This document shows positions 1 through 7,081 of a DNA stretch of 58,074 nucleotides, one piece after another. The stretch lies in the IMG/VR virus record IMGVR_UViG_3300025120_000055, positions 1 to 58,074 of that record. One strand, written 5' to 3'. Position numbers and translations under genes: made by a program. The notes beneath the pieces are model-generated. The model searched no databases, was not told the DNA's origin, and saw only the letters and a program-made list of their open reading frames with translations. Origin of the DNA: a virus (Duplodnaviria; Caudoviricetes). The first letter of the stretch is position 1; each line of letters begins with the position of its first letter.

Positions 1-177
1 ACAGACGCATTAGAAAGTGGTAAACCTTTATTCGTACCTAGATTTGACGCTCGTGCAATACGCCCACGATTTACAGTAAGACAAGATATACAAGATAAAA
101 TGCCTTATTCAATGTCGGATATATACACTGATAATCCACCAATTAATTACTATGACCCAAAAAATTATGATGAATAA
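1..177 (+). CDS. 3' end of a hypothetical protein (truncated by window start)
   Basis: Frame 1 is open from base 1 (TDALESGKPLFVPRF...NYDE) to TAA at 175-177, just before the next ORF. Confidence 0.6.
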   Translation, partial: TDALESGKPLFVPRFDARAIRPRFTVRQDIQDKMPYSMSDIYTDNPPINYYDPKNYDE

Positions 178-180
178 AAG

Positions 181-609
181 GTGGAATTGTTAATGATTCG
201 TAAAGAGCGTGTAAGTCCTGAAGCCAAGCGACACAAGTTAGAATATGACAAAAAGTATGAGTCATCACCTGAGCGTGTTAAATACCGTGAAGAGTTGAAC
301 CGTGAAAGACAAAAGCGTGGTATGTATGGCGACCATTCTCACCGTGACATATCTCATACAGCAGGTGGAAAACTCACTGTAGAGGATGAGGGTAAGAATA
401 GAGCACGACACTTCAAAGATAAAGGTACTCTAAAACCTATTACTAAAGGTATACGACACGATTTAGCGTTATTAAGAGGTTTGATAAATGGCCCAATGGA
501 TGAACAAGATAAGAAAATTGCTCAAACAGTAATACTATCTTTAGACGATTATCATAATGATGCTGAAGTAGAAGATAAAAAAGAGTTAATGCACCCTTAC
601 CCGTTCTAA
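181..609 (+). CDS. HNH-like nuclease-fold protein (likely start ATG 193)
   Basis: Basic helix (KYREELNRERQKRG) followed by DISH-TAGG-KLTVE...NRARH, resembling small phage HNH-type proteins. Confidence 0.55.
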   Translation: MELLMIRKERVSPEAKRHKLEYDKKYESSPERVKYREELNRERQKRGMYGDHSHRDISHTAGGKLTVEDEGKNRARHFKDKGTLKPITKGIRHDLALLRGLINGPMDEQDKKIAQTVILSLDDYHNDAEVEDKKELMHPYPF

Positions 610-616
610 TTATCTT

Positions 617-693
617 GTTTGTATTGATTGTCTAATGTATTGTATAGACTAATATATTATTTGAATTATCACAATAGTATAGACAATACAAAC
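617..693. repeat. Imperfect inverted repeat in AT-rich intergenic region
   Basis: gtttgtattg (617-626) pairs with caatacaaac (684-693); attgtcta (627-634) pairs with tagacaat (680-687). Confidence 0.6.
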
Positions 694-724
694 GACAAAC
701 GATACAAAGCACCCAGTAACCTTT

Positions 725-1342
725 ATGATGACCTTCGTAGTGGCAAGTCCAGTGAACACTATGAATAACCAAGACCATCACGATGCAGAAATTAGGTTAA
801 TGGGTTTAATTTTAGCCCAAAGCGCACTTGTCGGAGTAGCCGTTGGTATCTTTGATTCCAAAATTTGGTTGACACAAGACAGCGTTTGGATTAATGGTTT
901 TACTTACGCTATGGGTGCTTTCTTTATGCAAGGTATTGCTTATTATTTCTTCAAAATGTTCTTTGAGCAGAACTTACAAGAAAGAGCAAGACATGGTAAC
1001 ATGGAGAAACAAAGAAATCACCAATACCGTAGTATGCAACAGCAGTTTGATAATCGTAGAGCCGACATGGAAATGCGTATGCAAGAAGCGCAACTTGAGC
1101 GTGAACTTAGGTGGATGGAACAAAACCCCGGTAAAATGCCTCCAAGTTGGGGAGTACAAGGTGGCTCTCAATCTATGATTGGTATGTTTGACCAACAGGG
1201 CGGTGGCTCAAGTGTATTCGATTCTAGTAGTATCCCAACACACGAAGCAAAAGTAGTACAGCCTCTAACTCTTGGTGTAGAAAATGACACACCCTTGAAG
1301 AAAGATGGGACTCCTGACAAGAGATTTGAAAAGAAATCTTGA
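725..1342 (+). CDS. Membrane protein: two TM helices, coiled coil, C-terminal KKDGTPDKRF motif (start may be ATG 761)
   Basis: Hydrophobic segments LMGLILAQSALVGVAVGIF and VWINGFTYAMGAFFMQGIAYYFF, then a Q/E/R-rich heptad region. Confidence 0.75.
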   Translation: MMTFVVASPVNTMNNQDHHDAEIRLMGLILAQSALVGVAVGIFDSKIWLTQDSVWINGFTYAMGAFFMQGIAYYFFKMFFEQNLQERARHGNMEKQRNHQYRSMQQQFDNRRADMEMRMQEAQLERELRWMEQNPGKMPPSWGVQGGSQSMIGMFDQQGGGSSVFDSSSIPTHEAKVVQPLTLGVENDTPLKKDGTPDKRFEKKS

Positions 1343-1355
1343 ATGAGGTTTACTC

Positions 1356-1613
1356 ATGGGCCGAATTTTTCGCACACCATCTGATGATGCTACAGAAAGT
1401 ACACTGCGTGCTATCCATATAGCAAACACTGTGGATACTACTTATGAAAGAGCATGGGGTTGGGTTAAAACAGTCCTTGCTTCGATTATTGCTACTTTAG
1501 TAATTAGCGGCATTGAGTTTTATAATCCTGAATTTAGTATTTATGAGAACACAGTAGATTGGGCTGTTGAAAAACTTGAGAATTTTATTAAATGGCTGAA
1601 ATGGTGGGATTAA
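1356..1613 (+). CDS. Small single-pass membrane protein
   Basis: TM segment WGWVKTVLASIIATLVISGIEFY; amphipathic C-terminus FIKWLKWW; GAGGT RBS. Confidence 0.75.
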   Translation: MGRIFRTPSDDATESTLRAIHIANTVDTTYERAWGWVKTVLASIIATLVISGIEFYNPEFSIYENTVDWAVEKLENFIKWLKWWD

Positions 1614-1616
1614 TGA

Positions 1617-2339
1617 GTGGTAGATGCAGGAGGCACAGCATTAGTTGGGGCTGCTATGTGGGGTCAGCACTTATTCAATTCATATAAACCAAGAAGAGTA
1701 GGAGTGTACGGAGCACCAATGGTGGGAAAAACTACCTTAGACCGTTACTTAACTACACCGGGTGAAATGGAAGAAATAGGCGAAGATGACCGGACTTCAC
1801 ATGGTCGTATTCTCAAAATTGGTAAATTTAAAATGCCAAAACCAACTAGAAAAAGAGTTTCTTGGCAAGGTGAAAAAAGAGTTGTATATTCGTCTGATAT
1901 AGGTGGTCAAGAGCGTTTTTGGAACTTATGGATTGAAGATATGGTTACACGAAATGTAGAAGCAATAGTGTATATGTTTGATGATAGAGCGTTTAAAGGT
2001 GGTGACGATGGCTTACAACAAGTTGCTGGGTTTAGATACTTAGTAGATTGCTTGATTAATCGTAATTATCGTTATCGGTCATTTTGGTCTAGGTTTAGAG
2101 GTAAGAAATATCATCCTAAAGTTGTAATGTTAGTTGCTAACAAAGCAGATAGATTTTTTGATGATGCTGCATCTAAACTTTGGCACGATGGTAGAATAGG
2201 TGAACATAAAATTTTTGACCCGTTTAGAGATGATTTAATTAGACTACAAAAAGCAGGAGTTCCTACTCGTAGGTCTTTCATGGCAACAAGAATAGGATGG
2301 AATGTAGAAAAGACAATGGTGAGCCTATTGACATCATGA
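1617..2339 (+). CDS. Arf/Sar/Ras-like small GTPase
   Basis: G1 GAPMVGKTT, G3 DIGGQERFWNLW, AIVYMFD strand, G4 LVANKAD, G5-like SFMAT; hydrophobic/amphipathic N-terminus. Confidence 0.88.
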   Translation: MVDAGGTALVGAAMWGQHLFNSYKPRRVGVYGAPMVGKTTLDRYLTTPGEMEEIGEDDRTSHGRILKIGKFKMPKPTRKRVSWQGEKRVVYSSDIGGQERFWNLWIEDMVTRNVEAIVYMFDDRAFKGGDDGLQQVAGFRYLVDCLINRNYRYRSFWSRFRGKKYHPKVVMLVANKADRFFDDAASKLWHDGRIGEHKIFDPFRDDLIRLQKAGVPTRRSFMATRIGWNVEKTMVSLLTS

Positions 2340-2394
2340 CCAAATAAATGACCCCATAGGTAGCCTTTTCAATAACAACTCTTTCGGTGTAATT

Positions 2395-2586
2395 ATGTCA
2401 GGCGGTCAATCATCTACAACTTTAGTATCTACAGGTGGCGGTAGTCGTAGTTTAAGAACTACTATACCAATATGGATTGTAGAGCATTTTAATCTTAATG
2501 CTGGAGACAATGTTAGTTGGAAATTTGTAGTAAAAGATGATAACATTGTAGTAGTAATGACTCCTACGCTCACTCAAGAGGTGTGA
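2395..2586 (+). CDS. AbrB/MazE/SpoVT-family DNA-binding protein
   Basis: SLRTTIPIWIVEHFNLNAGDNVSW matches the swapped-hairpin signature. Confidence 0.85.
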   Translation: MSGGQSSTTLVSTGGGSRSLRTTIPIWIVEHFNLNAGDNVSWKFVVKDDNIVVVMTPTLTQEV

Positions 2587-3518
2587 TTATGTTTACAAGA
2601 CAACCTCAGCAAACTCTAACTGAACCACAGTTAGCAAGTTTGGCTATGCAAGGTAATGAACAATTAACTCAGGCTGCTCTTCAAGAAATGTTAGTGGCTC
2701 AACAAGGTATGCAAGAAGTTGCTGCTGCTCAAAACATTGAAGTTCCTAAAGTTAATTTCTATCCTAGCCGCCATCCTGACCCGAGAAAGGCTCGTCGTAA
2801 AGACATAAAACAAGCATACAAGTTATTAGAGCCAGCAAAGCGTTCTATATTCAACCCAATGCGATGGTTATTTGGTAGAAAATATCGTTATAACAAAGAC
2901 ACAGGAACTTGTGTAGTTGATGGTGCTAATGTTGCTGAACTAATAAAGCACGACAATCTATACATGCGAATATGCGATGATGAAACAGGTCGCTCGCTGT
3001 GGGAAATGTATTGGCAAAACCCAGTCACTGGTCAACCTGAAGCCTTTATCGCTAGAGAAAAAATAACAAGTGGTAAAAAAATGAGAGGTACATATTGTCC
3101 TGAGCATCTTCACTTGTATCATTTATTGTGTAAGTGGGAAGCAGAAGAGGACAAACAGAATGAAATGAACCCAAGTCGTCTTAGAGATAAAGTCAAAAGA
3201 GGGGTTTCAATAGTGTCTGTCCCTGTGTCGTCGGTTAAGAAAAAAGACCCTACTCCTGCTATGTTACAAAAGTACGAGCCTTTTTTTGCTGAACTTGAAA
3301 GAGATGCTGGTATGACTAAAGGTATTAATGTGTTACATTATGCAAATCCAGCCACTGGTCAAAACGATGTAACGATGGTAGTATTTGACTTGCGTATATT
3401 CCAAATGGAGTTACAACAAATGAACATACCAACTCAATCATTTCAAGACTTAATTAATAGTGAAAATGCAAAAATCCAGCAGAACCTTGATGTTGCAGTA
3501 GTTGCTGGGGAGGTTTGA
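2583..3518 (+). CDS. Hypothetical protein with Q-rich N-terminus and possible metal-binding Cys/His residues
   Basis: 311-aa ORF, GTGA overlap with previous gene; TCVVDG and YCPEHLH motifs; amphipathic IFNPMRWLFGRKY. Confidence 0.7.
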   Translation: MIMFTRQPQQTLTEPQLASLAMQGNEQLTQAALQEMLVAQQGMQEVAAAQNIEVPKVNFYPSRHPDPRKARRKDIKQAYKLLEPAKRSIFNPMRWLFGRKYRYNKDTGTCVVDGANVAELIKHDNLYMRICDDETGRSLWEMYWQNPVTGQPEAFIAREKITSGKKMRGTYCPEHLHLYHLLCKWEAEEDKQNEMNPSRLRDKVKRGVSIVSVPVSSVKKKDPTPAMLQKYEPFFAELERDAGMTKGINVLHYANPATGQNDVTMVVFDLRIFQMELQQMNIPTQSFQDLINSENAKIQQNLDVAVVAGEV

Positions 3519-3522
3519 TACG

Positions 3523-4185
3523 ATGTTTGGCTTTGGTAATCAGCAGCAACAAAATAGTGGATTAAATCTTTCTCAAACTGGAGGAGGAGGTTATGGTATG
3601 CAACAACCGCAAAGCGGTTTTACTCTTGGAGCACAACCAATGCAGCAACAACAGGTAAATCAAGGATTTATGACTGGTATGATGGGTGGCGCAGGGATGA
3701 CACCTCAGCAACAAATGATGATGCAAAATGGTCAATTCGCACCACCAAGTGAAATGGAGTTATTTGGTGCCCTGCTACAATCACAAAATCCTATTCATCG
3801 CTTTATTAAAGATGGTGGGTTAAATTCTCTAATAGATTTAATCGCCGCTACAACGAGTTTAAGTTTGTTAAATATTCTTAAAAATACTAGTTTCACTGTA
3901 GATGACGATGGTAAAATGCAATTAGACCCTGCTAGTTTGCCGTCTGATTTACAAACTTTGAGTGTAGAAAATGTAAGTATGTTACTAAATAACATGGTAT
4001 CTCAAAGCAATCAAAAATTCCAAGAGGCTGAAATGCAAAGACAACAAATATTTGCTGCTGCCGAGCAGTCCTTAATGGGTAGCGCTCTTGGTGCTGCTTT
4101 ACAAGACGAAGGAATGATGAATAAAGTCGGTGGCGGAATTGGTAGTGTCGCTCGTGGATTAATAGGACTACCTAGAACTAGGTGA
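3523..4185 (+). CDS. Q/G/M-rich low-complexity protein with helical C-terminal part (track start 3502; ATG 3523 more likely)
   Basis: GGGGAGGT RBS precedes ATG 3523; low-complexity N-terminus; amphipathic C-terminal helix KVGGGIGSVARGLIGL. Confidence 0.72.
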   Translation: MFGFGNQQQQNSGLNLSQTGGGGYGMQQPQSGFTLGAQPMQQQQVNQGFMTGMMGGAGMTPQQQMMMQNGQFAPPSEMELFGALLQSQNPIHRFIKDGGLNSLIDLIAATTSLSLLNILKNTSFTVDDDGKMQLDPASLPSDLQTLSVENVSMLLNNMVSQSNQKFQEAEMQRQQIFAAAEQSLMGSALGAALQDEGMMNKVGGGIGSVARGLIGLPRTR

Positions 4186-4189
4186 TTAA

Positions 4190-4438
4190 ATGCAACCAAG
4201 AACTTTTACTGATTATGGAATTAAACTAAGTCAAGCAGGTAGTAGTATATTTGCTCCAAGTAGAAATATCATTATAGAAATGATAATGGTTCAGTTTATT
4301 GCTATAATTATTGCTTTAGCATCTATTTTAGTTTTCAAAGGAGACACTATGGCTAGTAACGATATCACTGTATTTATCGTTGGTATTTTTGGCTCTATGG
4401 TTTTCTTAGGTACTTTATACAGTAGAATTAGTAGATGA
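4190..4438 (+). CDS. Small two-TM membrane protein (holin-like topology)
   Basis: GGTGAT RBS; TM segments MIMVQFIAIIIALASILVF and ITVFIVGIFGSMVFLGTLY; basic C-terminus. Confidence 0.7.
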   Translation: MQPRTFTDYGIKLSQAGSSIFAPSRNIIIEMIMVQFIAIIIALASILVFKGDTMASNDITVFIVGIFGSMVFLGTLYSRISR

Positions 4439-4681
4439 CCACTTATCAATTGGGCATGAGACAGAAGGCGCTAGCGCTTTTATTTTCATAACACAATTAC
4501 AAAGTCTACAAGTACCACTTCGCTTTCTCATATACGGGCATTGATAACATTCATTTAGTCTATCTGTGTAATCTTTTTTACTAACTCTTTTACCTGTAAC
4601 AGCGTCTTTTGATGCTTTCAATAAATCTTTACCACGATTTTTTAGAGGCTGCTTGGGAATCCTCTCATAAGGTGGGAGCAT
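4415..4681 (-). CDS. Small Cys-rich protein (DUF6171-like)
   Basis: RLxxCxxCP...GTCRLCNCVMKIK...SCPIDKW pattern; GGAG RBS; the only credible minus-strand gene. Confidence 0.75.
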   Translation of the reverse strand: MLPPYERIPKQPLKNRGKDLLKASKDAVTGKRVSKKDYTDRLNECYQCPYMRKRSGTCRLCNCVMKIKALAPSVSCPIDKWSSTNSTV

Positions 4682-4740
4682 GTATCTCCGAAAGCGTATC
4701 TAGGAAAAAGGATTATGGGTAATGCTGCTTTAAGCGTGTC

Positions 4741-5424
4741 ATGGCGGAGGGGAACCCTATAACGAAAAGGTCTTGCCCCCTTTGTCAACATCCCAGTCGT
4801 GCTGATTTAGAAAAAGGCTTACTAGATGGTGAAATATCATCAAAACAGTTGGATAAAGACATGGGTTGGCGACTTAATACTACTGACAGACATGTTAGAA
4901 ATCACATGGGTGAGTATCACATGGCTTCTAATCCCCAGTGTAAAGTATGTGCACATCCCGATAGAGCAGAATTTGAGCATAGATATTTTGAAAACGGAGC
5001 AGAATCTCATGCTATTGCTGAAGAATTAGGTATTGCTGAAACTTCTGTTTATCATCACATGAAGCATCACTTTCAACCGTTAGTTCAAAGAAGTGTAGCC
5101 GCTGAGATAACTTTAGTGGTAGGCGAAGAAATAAATACACTTAGGTCAAATGTTGAACTTCTTAATGTTAAGTTATCAGAACTGCTTAACGAGGGAAGTG
5201 TTCATGAAGATGGTTTTGTCAGGGATGCAGTATCGCTGCACAAAGAAGTACGAGAGTCAATAAAAGACCTATTAAAGATGAATGAACAGTGGAGTCCTAC
5301 TACTGAAAATGGTCAAATCAATAACACTATCAATATCCTTAAAGTTGAACTTGGTAAAGAAAGCCCCGATTCGTGGGCTAGAATTCGCAGTCAATTAGTA
5401 GAACACGCAGGTGATATGATTTGA
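4741..5424 (+). CDS. Tandem Zn-binding HTH protein with coiled coil; putative terminase small subunit
   Basis: Two copies of CxxCxHPxRxxxE...helix-turn-helix...HxxxH, then a coiled coil and INNTINI tail; upstream of TerL. Confidence 0.55.
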   Translation: MAEGNPITKRSCPLCQHPSRADLEKGLLDGEISSKQLDKDMGWRLNTTDRHVRNHMGEYHMASNPQCKVCAHPDRAEFEHRYFENGAESHAIAEELGIAETSVYHHMKHHFQPLVQRSVAAEITLVVGEEINTLRSNVELLNVKLSELLNEGSVHEDGFVRDAVSLHKEVRESIKDLLKMNEQWSPTTENGQINNTINILKVELGKESPDSWARIRSQLVEHAGDMI

Positions 5425-5822
5425 TGCCAGTTCCAGTCCCTGACCTTTTACAAATGACCCATCCCGGTTATCTTATGGTAGATAGTCAGATAGTTATTTC
5501 AGAAAACAGTTTACCAATGTATCTTGATTTTTGTCGTTGTATGACAAAGAGATTCGAGCACTACGGTGAGTTAAACATCACACCTCCCGACATGTTCAAG
5601 TTGCTCGCAAAGTCTTTTCAAACAGTCTTTGAAGATGATAATCCTGTAACATTCTTTCCAGCATATCATCTGATACCTCGTTTGCTTGAAGAGTTTGAAT
5701 ACACAATAGAAAACATGACTTCAGCGTTTCAAGAAAGCCCTAGAATTACATCATTCTATAGAAAAGTAGCCCAAAAATTGCGACAGTGTTTTGAATACCA
5801 TATACTGGGGGATATATCATGA
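5421..5822 (+). CDS. Hypothetical protein
   Basis: 133-aa ORF with GGTGAT RBS, overlapping both neighbours. Confidence 0.65.
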   Translation: MMPVPVPDLLQMTHPGYLMVDSQIVISENSLPMYLDFCRCMTKRFEHYGELNITPPDMFKLLAKSFQTVFEDDNPVTFFPAYHLIPRLLEEFEYTIENMTSAFQESPRITSFYRKVAQKLRQCFEYHILGDIS

Positions 5823-7081
5823 CGGGCGGTATGATGGGGCGAACCTCCGACACAAGAATATACAATCCCCGTTCTGAATCTTCAGAAATGTTCAGGGCTA
5901 ATCATGAAGATGATAGGCCGCCAGCAGGTATGCAAGACGCCACAGATAGAGAAAGTAGACGAGATAAGCGTCAAGAAAAGAAAGAGCGTGAAGAAAAAGA
6001 AGATAAAAGCATTCGACACATCAAAGTTAGAGGTCATCATCTTGGTATAGATAAAAAGAAAGAGGGTGAAGAAACCGATGAGGAAGAAGATAAATTCAAA
6101 CCTCGTGGTTCTACTGATAACCCAGCCACTCAGACAATGCCAAGCGGCGCTGGTGGATTTATGACGAGTCTCGCTATGGGTGCTAAAGGGCCGGGCGCTG
6201 CTGGTGGAGAGATGATTCAAATGTCTGAACCTATGGATATTGCTTGGCAGTTACTAAAACAAGATACGATTCAAAAAAAAAGTTCTCGTTCAGTAGCCCG
6301 TAGGCGTAAAAAAGAAGGATACGCTAAGTGGCGACCATCCACAGGACAGTTTGAACGCCCAAAAGGAGGCGGTGACCCCCGTAATGCTTCATCGAGGCGG
6401 TCAAAAAACATCAGTCGTAATCTTCCTTTAGGGAGAAAAACAGGGTTAATGAGGCCACATCTTTCTGTAGAGTTTTCTCACCGAGGTCTTGCTAGTAAAC
6501 AACCTATGTCAAAAGACCCGCAAAAATACAATCAATACTTGGCTTCTCAAGATGCTCGCAAACTACAAGGCGGAGTAAGAAACACAACTACTCCTCACAT
6601 GAGACATAGCCAACGCTCATTCATATCAGGTCAAACTGGTGGTGGTCGTTTGACAAATACTCTACAATATCCTCGTGTTCCAAGACCACGACTTCATTCA
6701 GTTCGTGCGCCGAGTATAGTTCCTCCTAAGATGAAAATGCCAAAACTGCAAAAACCAAAGATGCCAAGTATGGTTACAATGAGTGAAGATGAGCCACAGC
6801 ATAGCGATATTCTCAAATCTAATTCTTATCAAGCAGCATTAATGAGAATCGCTCTCAAAGAGATTCGTGAACTAATGCGTGAAAAGAAAGATAAAGATAG
6901 AAAAACAAAAGGTAAGGGAAATCCCGATACTGCTGGTGCCGCCAGTAATTTACCTAATTATCCAGCCAACAATCCTGTTTCAACTACTAAACCTGAAGGT
7001 GGGACTGAAGATGAAACAGACGCACGCAAGTTTGGGTTAGACCCCGGTGCTAATGTAGGTAGAGGGAGTGGGCGAGTTTGA
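5819..7081 (+). CDS. Low-complexity protein with highly basic central region; putative internal head/DNA-binding protein
   Basis: 420 aa; R/K/P-rich core between PMDIAWQLLK and SDILKS motifs. Confidence 0.65.
   Translation: MTGGMMGRTSDTRIYNPRSESSEMFRANHEDDRPPAGMQDATDRESRRDKRQEKKEREEKEDKSIRHIKVRGHHLGIDKKKEGEETDEEEDKFKPRGSTDNPATQTMPSGAGGFMTSLAMGAKGPGAAGGEMIQMSEPMDIAWQLLKQDTIQKKSSRSVARRRKKEGYAKWRPSTGQFERPKGGGDPRNASSRRSKNISRNLPLGRKTGLMRPHLSVEFSHRGLASKQPMSKDPQKYNQYLASQDARKLQGGVRNTTTPHMRHSQRSFISGQTGGGRLTNTLQYPRVPRPRLHSVRAPSIVPPKMKMPKLQKPKMPSMVTMSEDEPQHSDILKSNSYQAALMRIALKEIRELMREKKDKDRKTKGKGNPDTAGAASNLPNYPANNPVSTTKPEGGTEDETDARKFGLDPGANVGRGSGRV

Noticed and set aside
2395-3518. AbrB/MazE antitoxin plus toxin pair
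   Set aside because: The downstream 311-aa ORF shows no PIN, MazF or Fic motif
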